Below the pieces are notes generated by a model. That model searched no databases. It saw nothing but the letters and a program-made list of their open reading frames with translations, and was not told where the DNA came from. From positions 1,160,287 to 1,224,286 of the forward strand of contig NW_002060955.1 of assembly GCF_000150275.1 (NCBI RefSeq): a DNA stretch of 64,000 nucleotides, given 5' to 3'. The DNA comes from Trichoplax adhaerens. Its lineage: Eukaryota; Animalia; Placozoa. Below are positions 25,890-40,480 of the stretch, piece after piece (position 1 is the stretch's first letter; the number at the start of each line of letters is the position of its first letter). The translations under genes and the position numbers were made by a program.

Positions 25890-28800
25890 ATGCGGCTGTT
25901 TCATTATCTGTTTATCTGCGGATTTTGTAATCTTCTCTATCTTGCAAATGGGTCGCAATGCAAAGAAAATATTACAATCCTGTGTTTGATACCTCATTTT
26001 TCTACTTCTTCATCAAGTCGATCACTTCTTGGCGCGGTCACGATGGCAATAGATGACATTAATCAAAACCATGCTATTTTACCGAATCACCAATTGCAAG
26101 TTGAATTTCTTGATAGTCTGGTAAAATATTATATTTTTAATGTCACAGTCCAGTATAATAAGTACAAAACTTAATCTATAACTTTGCTTATCTTCAGTTC
26201 GAAAATTGTTAAAATTGTAACAATCTATAACTGTCAAGCTCTTTTAAACATCATAAATCTCTAGAATCAGACTCATTTAGCACATTAATTTATATTGATT
26301 TTTACAACTAGTGTTATAAGCATTATTAAATCTATTTTCGAGTTTTAGCATATGGTGTATATTTGAAACATTGTATTGATAATTTTCTTCATTTTCCGAC
26401 TAAAGCATAACCACAGGTACTTTTCTAATTCAGATGAACGGTCCAATAGCAGCAAAAGAAATTATTGAATCTATTTCACGTCCTCCAACTAAGGTTGCCG
26501 TTATTGGTCCATTATTATCTACGGCTACCGAATATGCTGCATCCATGACCAAATTTTGGAATTTAGTTCAGGTTAATCGAGATCACATGTATTCGATATA
26601 TCATTTTAGTGGCAATATCATAATGTTTTATTATAAACAAAAACTGATAGTAGTAGTTTAAAATTATGTAAATTTTACCATTTTCTATGGAATCATATTC
26701 TTATGCATAAATTTTGCTTATGCTATCTGTATTCTTTGTATCGTATGTACAGCTAGGATATGCAGCTACGACTATTGCTTTGGATGACAAAACTACCTAT
26801 CCATACTATTTTAGAACTGCTGTCACAGAAAAAAGTTATACAGCTGCCAGACTAGCGTTTTTTAAGCACTTTAATTGGAAGACCGTAGGAATTATTCATA
26901 GTTCTTCAGGTGCTCACCCGAAGGTATGAAAATTAACATCAAAGTTGAATGTTACGTCACGTTAAACAGCCCAAATGAAATTATAAGTTGAATGCTCTGT
27001 CCTATTAATTCTTAATATACTTGTAATTATAGAATTTTAATTATCATTACAATGCTTAGGATAGCACGTTTTAAAATCCTCAGAAATCGACAATTAGGAT
27101 ATTTCATATGGATCCTGATCATTTTTGAGCAATTTTTATAACACATTGTACTATATTGATCAATATAAATACGATTGCTACTTAATGCTTTAGATAATTG
27201 TCTGGTTTTATTTATGATATTTGTTACAAGTTCTTAAATACTGTATCATATGCAGAGTAGGCTTCAATTGTCTAGTCCTTAGGTATGAGCTTCACTAATA
27301 TGCAGAAGAAATTATTGCTGTAAATACTTCTTACAGCATCATAAATCATTAATTAATAACATCTCAGTAAAACTATCCATTTAATTATTATTACAACAGC
27401 CCCTGACTCTGAAAAACTCGTTTATAAGTATTTTACCCGATTTTGTGGCTCTACAGATTTTCATTTCACTTTTCAGTTCTCAAAATTGCATTTCAGGAAT
27501 GAGAAGCGAAACACCGCATACTAAAAACGCTTTATAAATAGCTTAAAATGTGTCTCTTCTTTGTAAATAAATACTGAAATTAGTTTTAATTGAAAAATTT
27601 ATAGTTTAACTAAATATTAATAACAAACATCTTAATATAGTTAGCTCTATTGGTTCAACAGCAAATGATAAACGCAAATATTAATGTCGCGGTTTTAGAA
27701 AGCATTGATAACGATCCGACATTCGCAATGAAGAATTTATTGGTAAAAATGAATTCAATATTTATTAAAACATAGCATTGACCGTACGCAATCGATAGTA
27801 ATGATTTTATAGAGATATTTAATAACTTATTTAAAATTTATCTTAACTAGAGTAAAGACGTCCGAATTATCATGTTCTTCGGAGGAAGTAACATAGCCTT
27901 AAAAGTAATGTGCTCGGTTAGTTCATATTATAACTAAAATCCATGAAAATATCATGTACCATACGCGTTTAAACAAGACTTTATTGAAATGGCCCATATT
28001 TTTTATTGTATTATTTATTCATAAAATACTATAACTTTACTCAGATCTGACTTAGTAGATCAGTGTCATTTTCTTTCATTAATAAATGAATTAGCTTAAT
28101 TTCTTAGAAAAAATGGTAATTTATTTAAAATTTCATTAGCAATACAATAAATATTCAAACGCTTTCGATTTATGTAGATCTATAGTGTTAATTTACGAAA
28201 TTTTAAACCATTAGCCACATGATTTAAGTGTTATTGCTAATGGATGTCAGTAAAAGCCATCGATCAAAAAACAATAAACAAATTGCAATCTATCTCAGTA
28301 CCAAATATTGAAATTATTCTACTCCGTTAGTAACAGTAATTTATTATGCGTGTTCGTAGATAGATTATAGACCAATTTAGTTAAGAAGTATAACTTATCG
28401 AAAAATAATCTGTGCAGTGAACATGGTTTCACTATATCTTTAATGCCGTAGGCATATCATTTGCATATCTACGGGCCAAAGTACTCATGGTGGTTTCAAG
28501 GATGGCTGCATTCTACCTGGTGGGACGTAGAAAGTCCAAATAATAATTGCACGAAGGAACAGCTTTTTGAGGCCATTAACAATAATACATTTTATACCAA
28601 AACCCCATTATATTCAACTTCTGGTAGGATTTCCATATCTGGCAAGGTAACCATTATAACTTATACTATACTTCTTATTATTTGATAGTACTTTATTTTT
28701 GCTGTCGTTGTTACTGTATCTTATTCCATAAAGAAACGGGTACGCGTTGGCTTGCAAGCAATTAAAATTATGAAATATTTGAGGATTTATAAACTTTATT

Positions 28801-31800
28801 GTCATAATTGTCAGAACAAAATATCACTTTAGCAGTAAATTTAATATTATTACCACAGTATTAATTGTGGTAGCTTTTGTGGTAACTATTCTACCGATAG
28901 TATGTTGACACTTAGAATATTCTTTTCATAGGCCGGAACTCAGTACTATCAGCGACTAGAAAATAATTTAAATCAATCAAATACCTCCTTTTCAATTTCT
29001 GATTCAATTGGGACAATATACGATGCTGTGTGGTCTCTAGCGTTAGGATTAAATCGTACAGAACAACGACTAAATATGAATAAAACGTCCATTACTGAAT
29101 TTGACTATCAAAACACTTTCATACGCTCTGTATTAGTGGAAAAATTATCTAAACTATCATTTTATGGAGTGACGGTTCGTCGCTGAGTTTGTATATCAGA
29201 TTTATAATCAATTTCATTAGTTAAGATACTGTTTCTTATCTTACATGCTGTAGTTGTATTGTTTTACTAATACTTTATACCGGCCAATCATCATTTTATA
29301 GGGATACATCTCCTTTCTAAACGGGAGTAGTCGACTAGGTGATGTGACTATTTCGCAGCAACAAGGTACCGTATCAATGAGATGGGCTTTTTCAATTTCG
29401 TTCCTATAATGTTAACTTCTTCATATTTCGCAGTTTGGGATTCTCGCACTGCTGTCGCATTTTATAATATTCAAAAGAATACTTTGGAAATCAATAACGC
29501 TTCCCTGAAATGGCCAGGTTAGAAATAGTAGATAGCATGACTTCAAATACTGGGCATATTTTGCAAAGCATTAGATTACGGTACTATCGTATCACGGTAT
29601 AAACGTCCTTGAAGAGTAAATGACTAAATTTAATTAACATTTATATATGGAGATGTCACAATTTCACTTCTGCGACAAGGTAACGTACAGTAAAAGTCTA
29701 TAAGTAGCTACTAACTTAAACGCCCTTTTACTTAACGTTAAATACACACAGCAAAAGACTGTAAAGATGAAACTTTTATTAGCAAAGATACAGCTACAAC
29801 TTTTTACTACAACTGAACTCAAATGTTCCCATTTATATAGGAACCGTCTAATTTGCAAACAATAACAGTATTATTGTTATATCTTACTAGGAGAAACATC
29901 TCGAACCGAGATGTTCCTTACGTAGCTTTACTATCAGTAAATATTTTGAATCTCTTACTCATACTTAGTCTTAATCTAAGCTCGTAGGTTGTCTAATTCA
30001 ACTATCATTAACTAGAACTTGAATCATATTACTGCTATCTGTCACACAATACCAATCAATATCAAGTATGTAATGAACTATCACAAACAACATCCACGTT
30101 AAGGCATTACTTATCTTACACTACAAATATGGATATTCTCCATACTAGCTACTACTGTACTTAGTAAACTATCCTAATGATAAGGCAACACCGTAACAAG
30201 AGATAAGTATAATGACTTACAGTAAGAACTACGGTAATTATTATTTTACTCCAGTAATTAATGTTGTACAGTATTAAGAGTTCTATACGGTATCTAATGT
30301 TAATTGATTATAGTGTTATGTCTTGCAACGCTTGTGATGAATATCCTGAAGATATTTAACTATAGATGATACTATAAGTAATTCTGTTTAAGGACATACT
30401 ATAATCTAATTATCTAGAATCGTTCAGTACACGTCTAAGATTATAAATAATTTCTGTATTAATTTAGCTATCCAGTATGAACTAAATTTCATGAACCCTT
30501 ATGACTCATACACGATAGCAGCTGCCGAAGGGTATTTAAATTCGGCAGATAGTTGAATAAAAGAAGAGTTCTATAGTTATTTAACGTAGAAGCAAAGGCG
30601 TCTAAATTCTTGTGAGATAGTTAAGGGATACTGAATCACGGCGACTATAGTTATTTAGAAATTTGTTTTACGCTATCTTTGTTACGAAGCTGGTTTGTGA
30701 CATATCGTCAATTAATAAGTAGAATATGTACGTGACTGGTTAACATATATGTTTTCTATGTGTTTTATATGCGTAAATACAGAAGGTACGCCTCCAAAAG
30801 ATCGGTTAATTATCACCGTGATTATTAGAACTATCGCCCCAGAATTGTTTATACCATTCGCCATCGTAAGCTGCCTGGGAATATTGTTTTCATTAGCAAT
30901 TATGACTTATGTGGCAATGAAGAGGCATAACAGGTTTTCGATATTAGTAAATTTATACCCTAAATTATACTGTATATTGCATATTTTAATTAGTGGAACA
31001 AATGCTAGATAGTAAATATCGGCGTGATCTTTAATTTTAGACAGATCAAAATGTCCAGCCCTAAATTGAATTATTGTATCCTATTTGGTTGTATTCTGTG
31101 CTACATTTCCGTAATATTAAATGGTATGGATGCAGCGCTAGTTGGCTACGAAAACAGAAAATATGCTTGTATAGCAGAGATATGGTTCTTAAGTCTTGGC
31201 TTCACCGTAGCTTTTGGCTCTGTGATGCTAAAAACATGGAGAATATTTAAAATATTTACGAATGTAGCAAAAGTGAAGCTGGTAAGTCCTCATAACAAAA
31301 CTAAGAGAATATTAAAAATCACCTCAAATAGCGCGTTTTCCTTACAAGAATTAATATTTACGGCAAATGAAATTAAGCGATTAAGCTATCACTATAAAAT
31401 TTTCATTTCTTTCACATAAACGATTTTACTTAATGTTCTAATTCAGATAATCAAGGACATACACCTAATATTTCGTCTAGTCCAACTGTTGGCCATTGAT
31501 ATTATCGTTTTGATATTGTGGATGTTAATTGATCCAATGACAACCACCGATGTTGGTATTGGACAGGAAAGGGTATGAATATATATAGCTTATCTATTAA
31601 ATTTTACAAAACTATGAAGTTAATTGATAAAATTACCGAAAATGCTCGACCAATAAACTGATATTGATACATTTCTATCAGCAGCATGATGGTCAAAACA
31701 TTATTCGTTATCGTGTTCAAGTCTGCTCATCGGAACAATCAATTGTTTGGTTAATTACAATCTTTGCGTTTAAGTTATCTATGTTATTATATGGAGTCAG

Positions 31801-34352
31801 TTTGGCATGGAGAACACGAAAAGTTTCCATTCCGTCGTTGAACGATTCTCGTTCTTTAGGACTGACGATTTACAACATATTCGTTTTAAGTTCGACTGGA
31901 GTCACCGTAGGAATGTTATCTAACAATGTGCTCAATGCTGGGTTTGCTTTGAAAGCAGCATTTGTAATTCTATGCACTACATCATCTATTTGCTTAATTT
32001 TTATTCCTAAGGTATATGGATAACTATATAAGTTCATTGCTAACATTAAATTATTCTACAAAAATATTTAAATTTATCATTAATCAAATCAATAACTTAT
32101 CTGTTCATTAAAGAAGTAACGTATTTACTAATATAATGTACGATACCCGTAAACTTTATAGTACATAGAACATTGTTGCATTGCATGCTTATTACTAATA
32201 AATCCTTTTTACTTTTCGAAATTACTATAGCTGTGGAAAGTTATATCAAATTCATTGGCGGTAGGCTTTACAAAATCAGATCATAAAATGACTAATGGTT
32301 TCCAATCCGTTCTAACAAATACTGATCTTCAACTGGAGATTAGAAAATTACGTCTGATCATTGCTGAGGTAGGATAAGAATAGTTTCATTAAACACTTAT
32401 TTGCTTTACCGTATTTCCGTTTTGTAAGCTCTTTACTTGCTTTTATAGTGACTAATGTAAAATATAGAATACGAATCTATTATCCATATCTTATCTATGA
32501 CGAGTTCATTCTCTTATATATTAGCTGGGTATATTTAATTTTTGTTCATAAGTCGACAATTTCTTCTGAAATATTAAGCCTGTAACTCATCATTATTCGG
32601 AAATGTACAAATGTTCTCTTCACTTTAAGCTAAAGTATAGAGCTTTGAGCGTTATGAAGTTAAGAAAATAATGATTTGCTACGTTACGTGTGTATGAGCG
32701 TAATAAAGTATCTCACAAATAATCGTCTTAGTCAACATAGAATTTAAGAAAATACGACTTTCATTACTGGTTTAAGGATAGTAGAACAGTAGAACAATAA
32801 TCCATTAGAATAAGAATTTCACCTAATTTATCCTAAGTTCAGGTGAAGTAAAATCTTCCATGAGCTCATCTCCTAAGTTCTTAAATACGATTTGCTTAAT
32901 CTGCTTACGGTAGAAAAGTTGCCGCAAATAAGCATTGAGCCCTCAAGCAAAGATTTTTCCATAAACTTTTCATTACTATGTTTTCAGTACGAGTTAATCG
33001 GCTTAAAATATTATTACTCTTCTATTAATTTCGCATACCATAAAATGCTGACCATCTTCAATGTTATAGTATCTCTAGTCACATTATGGAGGGCATCACT
33101 ACAATGAGCTCGAACTATGCCAATATTATCATTACTAAGAGAGCACACCTATCACAAAACAGCTTTTGCAACAAGGTAACGTAATGTACGATCAATAAGT
33201 CAATTCCTTGAACCACGTATCAAGGAACGATATCTGCGCTATCGCAAACACTTTTGCTCTACTAGCAGACTACACAAATACTCATACGCTTCATATTTTA
33301 CGTTAAACACTAAGTTTAAGAATCCACTTTATTACACGATATACTGCATTTATATACTACTCCTCAATAGTCCATGAGTCATAGTTAGTACGATTAACTT
33401 TGGAATCATTCACTGAATTAGATATTAATTTTAGCTACTGCTCCCTTAATGCAGACAACAGTATTTACGAACATAGACATCTAATGATTAATACAGAATA
33501 GTCAGATCACGATATATCTTATCACGGAACATTTCCACGATAATTTACAATCTACCATAAGTAGTTACAATCATAATGATTCGATCTGTAAGTAGATGAT
33601 TTGCATTCCCTATTATAACTATTAATTTCAGTATGTGTATATGTGTCACTGTCATAAAAAGTCAGTGCTATATTAAAGCACAGTATATCCAAATTAGAAG
33701 TTAACTAAATAAGGATAGGCTAACAGAATTATCCTAAGATAGATATTTCTACTCTAATACAGTATATAACACTGTCACAACTACTTACTCTATAATTATG
33801 TAAAAAAGCAAATTAAAGTAAGTTAATATCAATGAAAGCAAGGCTATGGTACTCTTATATTTATCTAGCAATTTCTTTAACGCTCATTATAGATTCGAGA
33901 TAGATTATTTTACCTTGTTGACTGCATATTCCAATCAAGACTATGATACAGAAACAGAGCCTAATTTATTTACTATTTACTTTCAAAAAGTTACAACACT
34001 CTAACAATGCTACGAGAACAGAAAAACTCAATAACCCTTTATAGAGTCAGCATGTGCCTATTTTCTTTCACATGGGTTACCAATCTGTGATAATTAGCAA
34101 TTAAACTGTTTAAATAACCTCTTCAGCGTAAAAACGACAATTTTTCGAAAGTATTTTCCATATCAAACTGGATTTACTTTACAAAGATACTTAATACTAT
34201 GCTTGTTCTCATGTTGAATGCTATATCTGGATATCAACAATATTGAATCACAAGTAATAAAGTACCTTTCACTCTTTTTTTAGCAAGATGATATACTTCA
34301 GAAGTATCGCAAGCAAGAAAGTCTACAAAGCATCTACAATGAAAGCATTTGA
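25890..34352 (+). CDS. GABA-B receptor-like class C GPCR, gene C (complete, 15 coding exons, about 781 aa)
   Basis: Exons 25890-26120, 26434-26571, 26753-26923, 27641-27742, 27851-27916, 28452-28646, 28932-29174, 29302-29365, 29434-29517, 30783-30933, 31041-31281, 31447-31572, 31685(or 31682)-32011, 32231-32368, 34284-34352. All introns are GT-AG, total 2346 nt in frame. Exons 2-13 are the same sizes as in gene B. Motifs IKMSSPKLN, KTWRIFKIF, IPSLNDSR, FIPK. Confidence 0.93.
29590..30702 (+). mobile_element. Solo-LTR-like element R7 (about 563 bp without its nested insertion), intron 9 of gene C
   Basis: Starts TATCACGG (TGTCACGG with G to A) and ends TGTGACA. Perfect TSD TATCG (29585-29589 and 30703-30707). 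TATTTAAA then AATAAAA at about 30533-30562. Interrupted by R4. Confidence 0.78.
29654..30198 (-). mobile_element. Solo-LTR-like element R4 (545 bp) nested in R7 in opposite orientation
   Basis: The plus strand begins TGTCACA and ends CCGTAACA. Flanks are GGAGA and AGAGA (4/5 TSD). Minus-strand TATATAAAT at about 29830 and AATAAAA at about 29775. The terminal ~35 bp resemble those of R2 and R3. Confidence 0.75.
33150..33779 (-). mobile_element. Solo-LTR-like element family R3, copy in intron 14 of gene C
   Basis: Collinear and highly similar to 41923-42552. Minus-strand TATATAAAT followed about 15 nt later by AATAAA. TSD degenerate (ACACC/ACTAC). Confidence 0.8.
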
Positions 34353-37300
34353 AGTTGCATTGCAAACCTATCTTTTAAAGAGTCTAACTTACGTATGAAA
34401 TCACGAATCGCCGATCTGTAGAAATACCAGCGCCTTGTAAAATAATCGTATGCATAATTAATATTACCCTCTAAGTTATCCGCAAAGGTAGTTGAAAGTC
34501 TCCAGAAATTACGAGAAAAAATGAATTCAAAAATAAATTAACTGATAATCAATCTAATTTATGGCTTATAGCAGATCATGCAAAAATCTTTTGATTACGC
34601 TATCATTAATATATTGATGATCATAGATGTCTTATAAATTAAGATCAAAATAATTCACAATAACATCTTGTAATTACTGTAGATATGGTATCCATACTAT
34701 ACATAGCCATTAATAACTTGCTGATATCAACGTTATAAAATAAGTGCGGAGCTAAAATTTAAATAATAGAAAAATTAAAAATTTAATTCTTACTGTTAGC
34801 TGCAAATAAATCAATTACGATATGAAATGTATTGTGTGTAATGTTATTTATCATAGATAAAGTATTATGTGTAGAGTGCATTGTATTAATTCGTTATTTA
34901 TAATTTTTACTACTAGCTCTTCGGAGATGATAGAAATTTGTATCATTATTTACATTATTTGCCATTCAAGAGCATGATTCCTATGATTCTTTGAATTATA
35001 ATGTAATCTGAGAGTCGCTGTTTTATTTTTACGTGCTGGAAGGGTGTAGAATCTTATTCATTTCTTAGCATATGATTTTTCCCGTTTCTTTGATAATATA
35101 ATATTTAAAAATCAATTCTGCACAGCGCTTTGTCAAGCGTTTCTGTTTGCATACTCTAAACAATTAGTTTAATGTAATGGAAATCGAAGGCTTCAATACC
35201 CGTTAACAGGAAAACATCTTTCATCTATTTAAAAGGGACTTTCAATAGTAGCCACTATACGTAAATTATTCATCTACTAACCTTGGTTGGCTCCTGATTT
35301 GACTTGCTTTATTTTGCTTTATTTTGATTATTTCATTAAAAATTGATAATTAATCTCAAAATAAAGTCATAGTTGTAATCGAAGAAAACTAGATATTCAT
35401 ATATAGATACTCTAATAATCATATGTATCGATTAGAACTATAAATGCATATCTGGTAATCACAATGTATACCCAGCCATACCAGGATTAAAAGCCTTCAA
35501 AAGTGTTTTGCTCTATATGCGCTACGTGGCCTTACAATCCTTTTATTTAATTCTAAATTTAGTCTGATTTGGTTCTGAAAGCAATTATAAAAAATCAGTG
35601 GATTAATCAGTACCATTAATTCATTCAGAACGATTAATATTTACAAGCAATATTAAATTTCCACCGAAATTAGCTGCAAAGATAGTGTCTCAAAGCTATT
35701 CGTAGTAAATTATCTCGAAAATGGAAGACTTAGATTTTACTTATAAACCTCGCTCGGTTACATAATTTAGTTCTTTTGTCAACTAATGCTGATATGCAAT
35801 CTTACCAGCTACCCTACATAAATGATCTATTTTAGAGCTTTACCACCATTTTGAAATGTTAGTTTTTAGAAACTATCGCGTATTTCAGTGCATATTACGA
35901 AAGTAACGAATAGAGTTTGAAATAAACTTGCAAGACTAAAGTTACTTGCTATTCGATAACTATTCATCTCCTACTAAATCTATTTTGGAGATGCAGTTTT
36001 ACTAAACGATGTACAGCGTAAATTTTATCGTATTACATTAAAAATACTATAATTTACTACGGTAGCAGATATCAAATGAATGTAAAAATAGAAATAGAAT
36101 TCTAGTATCGACATAACTATTGTTAGCTTTCATAATTTCTGAAAGATAAATATATAATCACAATCATTAGCTTACACAACTGATTTTTTTAGTAAATTTT
36201 TAGAAATTAGCTCTGATGTTAAAGTAAATGATGCATGGCAAAAATAATGTCATGCAATATGATTTAGAATCCTATTCAATCATTTTAATTTAAAACAGCT
36301 ACAATATTAAGTCCAATATTTGAACCCACGATGCTTAACAAAATCAATGATTTGATATGAACTGATATAAAAAATTTATTTAATCTTGGTGAAAATTTAT
36401 TATAATGAAACAGGCTAAATAGAAAGCTATAAAAAGTTATAAGTCTCAATGTAAGCAACAGTTATTGATAGATTAATATGATCTTTTAATACTAAACAAT
36501 AGGAAATCTCTTTCACAATCTCAGTTCTTTTGATTGCTTAACTTTTGCTTGTAGATAACTGAGGCTCGGATGATACCTATCAAATATCTTAACTGATCTC
36601 CACAATACAGAGGTCATGCTATCGATTATTAGATTTATTTTAAATTAATCGATTTTACGTAGATTCATCGTAAGCCCAACTTTATTCAAAAAGCTTTTAG
36701 TATTACAATTATCTTCGTATTTAAGATCATCGCCATCATATCTGTCAAAGTATAATTTAAAATGATTTTTTATTATCGTTATGGACAAATTTATACATTT
36801 AGTTAGAGACACCAAGTTAAGTAAAATACTAATATAGCGCGATGTTGGATATTAATGATATTTTATATTTACTTAAGAGTTTATTTTCTCCGGTTAATAT
36901 GTAAAGTAATTCCATTCAAAGCCAGTAAAAATAAAAGGAAGAAAATTGCCCGTGATTGTTACGGAGTAACTTTTGCGAAGATGCCATAACATAAATTCTA
37001 TTAGATAATCTATCTGGGAACGTATTTACAGTTACTCATCCATTACATTATCATATTTTAAATAGATATCTGTATAGTTTTATATTATTTATATAGTTAT
37101 TATTAGCTCACCTTCAGTAAACTTATAACAAACTTTTGCCCTGTTCCAGCATGGTAAAGTATTCTCAAGATACTAAAACATTAGCCATGGTACAATTTCT
37201 TGTTATGATCCTGCTTATATATGATTAGTATCAGTGTTATTTTAGATATGATGGTAGTCGGTAGCCTCGTCCGTCTGCCAATCATCGTGTTCTAAACTTG

Positions 37301-40300
37301 GAAAAGTAAAGGGTTATCATCAGTAGCAAGGAGTACGGTATAGAAACTGAGAATAAAAAAAATTACCCAGATTTAGTTTATTGATATCTATTCTATCTAC
37401 TGGGAGAAACTGCGCACCTTCACTGGTTCCCAAGTTTACCAAACCATGATACTTCCTGTATAGTTTCATTTTTCAGTATAAAACTGATTCATCTAACAAT
37501 ATAAATGACTAGCTGCCTTCAATCAAGCTATTTATGATAGATAAGTGACTATAATTATTAACAGTATTATTTTTAGCAAAAGAATTATATCCTTTCAAAC
37601 AAGAAGCGAGGTCGAAATTAAATTTGCTATTTCACAATCTATCATTAAGAAATGAATGTCATATGTTATATTTTATTGCTGTTATTGTCCTTAGAGTTTA
37701 AATGAGTCACGAAATATAAACGTCACCTATGCTTCCTTAGAGAGTTAATACATGAACTAATTGTCATGGTTTCCAAGGATAAATAAAAGCATAATAACAT
37801 ATATCATTCGCCATAAGCCTCGTATTAAACCTACTATGGTGATATTAAGAGTATGATAAATTTCACTGTCTACTTGAAATTGGATGGTATTTATCTTCCA
37901 TTTTATCATCAATTGTAGATGGTAACAATTAGAGCTACCCTACATATTGGATTCTTCAGTGAATGTGATTTCTTTATTTTCCTGTACAATCTTCTCTCTT
38001 GATTTATGATCTACGCATATTTCAGAATGGCGGCTAAATTGAAATCCCTTTAGCCCATTAAGGGAAATTTTATTTAAGAGTAAATATTTGATAGAATAAG
38101 CTCTTCAGGTGCTACTTTCTATAACATTGCGAATATCAACTTTATGCAGAAATCTCATCTGGGCAACATTGACGATCTAATTATCATATTCAATTAAAAA
38201 TTAGCAATTTGACAGCGAAGAAACAAAAAACGCCTATTGTCTTAGATTTGCATAAATGATTTAGGTAAGTTTGTAAATATAGCATGAGTATGCGATTTCA
38301 ATTCTCAAGTAATTAATAATCAAAATTTGTATATTTGAATAACTTAACGATTACGAGTATGTATATGAGTTTGTTATCCCTTCTGCTTTACCCTCATTTG
38401 GATAATTTTTCTCTGAATAGCGATAGCTTTTCGATAGTTATTACATGTGCATAACGGAGATATATCTACAAACGTCTCGAGATATGACAGAAACTTGAAT
38501 GCTCTAAGATTGCATTCTAATTTAGCAAACTCTATTGAAATTCTCATTCAATTTTTTTCAATATGGTCTAGGTTAAAGTTTAATAATTAATTTATAAGGA
38601 ATTATGACAAGCTGATCAAAGGTCTCAAGGACATAGATGATTGGTATCAGCAATCTTAATCGATTACACCTAGACCAAGCTTAGACATATATTGCCTCTT
38701 GTTGGTCTATCATATTCCTGCATCGTAATCAATTTGTAAATGAAATCATAGATCAAAATTAGCACTGGAGCCAATGACAAGAACAGGTCATTTAATTACA
38801 ATATAATAGGTATTTTTAATAGAAAATTAATAATAGTAATAATCTGGAATGATTTCAGTCTACTGTTCCTAATCATCAAGTAGAGCTATTTTATTAGAAA
38901 ATAAATGGATTAACCAAAAAAAAGAGCGTATTAATAATTTATCCCTTCGTGAATTATAAATTTTAGTACTATAGTAATGATACTGATATATATTTATGCT
39001 ATGATACCCATTCTTGCATTCATTTAGGAATTAATTGTGTTATTGGGACTTGATTATAGTTGCTACCAAACTAAGAAAGCGAACACAAAAGGTAATACTT
39101 TCAAGCCTCCATCCTTATAAAAATATTACAATTGCTAAGTTTCAATAGATATCAGATCTTCCGTCATTTCATGGTGCTTTGGAATTGTTACATCAATTGA
39201 GATGACGTTATAAGACACTAATGAGAAATTTGTATCAAGCGAAGCGTATAGTAGCACAGAGAATGTATTTTAATTGTCCCTTGAACTTAGCTTATTTTCC
39301 GAAAAGGAAGGTATCTGCTAATTTATTTATTTTCCTAAAAATGCTGCTGGAATAAAGCGTTATCATGTATATTATTTATTACATAATCTTAACTATTTTT
39401 CTTTTTAGCGAGCCAATTTAATGAATTTTATGCAATTATATTCACTTTATCTTTATGCTACAGCTATGACTGACGGTAACTATGAGTATACTGAAAGAAA
39501 AAAGTAAAACTGTTTATTGATAGAAACTAAGGCAAAGAAAAATTGTTTTCAAGCTATTTTTATTTTAAATTTGTACTATATGATGAATATAATGTCGGGA
39601 AAATATCGCATCTGAGAATGACAGGATAGACTGTAAGAAATACGCAACTCAGACTATAAATAAGGATATCGATACCTGCCATCAACTTACCCTTTTGCAA
39701 TTCGAATCCAATATCAATATTGCGCTATTACACACCATTTTTAAATTAAATAGGACTGATCTTTATACGCTGTCCAATCAAGCTTTCAAGGAATAGCAAG
39801 TCAGAAAGATAATTAACAGAATATGCAAATTTACTGTTTTTTTAAAACTTAAACAAGATCTAATCATAACTCCAAAGTTGTTTGTATCTTACGCTTTTCC
39901 AAAAGAGGATAATATCTTATAAATAGTTTAAAAAGTGGCCTTAGAATTATATAAATAGCCTATACTTGCGGTTTTCTTGTTATTATTAGCTTTTAACGTT
40001 TTCTGTACTATTCAAGTGTATTTTATAGAGATCAGTAAAATGAATGAATAAGAAATTGTTTTAATTAAAAAATTTCCATTATTGTTATCTGGTAAATGTT
40101 TATATTCGATTCTATTTAATAAATATCTTACTTAAGTCATTATATTGTTGAATTAAAGCGTTACATAAGTATAGCCTAGCTGTAATTTATTCTTATTCTT
40201 TTGTTACAAATAAAAAAAGAAGAGAAATAATAATGAACTATACCGGTGCTACTGTTATTTAATTTCAATATGCATAATTACAATATAAATTGTAAAATTT

Positions 40301-40480
40301 AAAATGTTAGGCTTTCTTTGTAATTGAATTATTACGTAAATAACTCGATATTTGCAAGTAGTTAGTACATCTATTTAGTTAAACGGTGTAAACTTTCTCC
40401 CTATTACAGGTTCGTCCGTTATTGCTTTCATCTAGGATGAGAATCTTTTCTTAATTTGATAAAAAACTTTTAGCCAACTT

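Noticed and set aside
36957-37550. Another LTR-like element starting TGTTACGG
   Set aside because: No matching TGTGACA end or GTGAT TSD was found at the expected distance.
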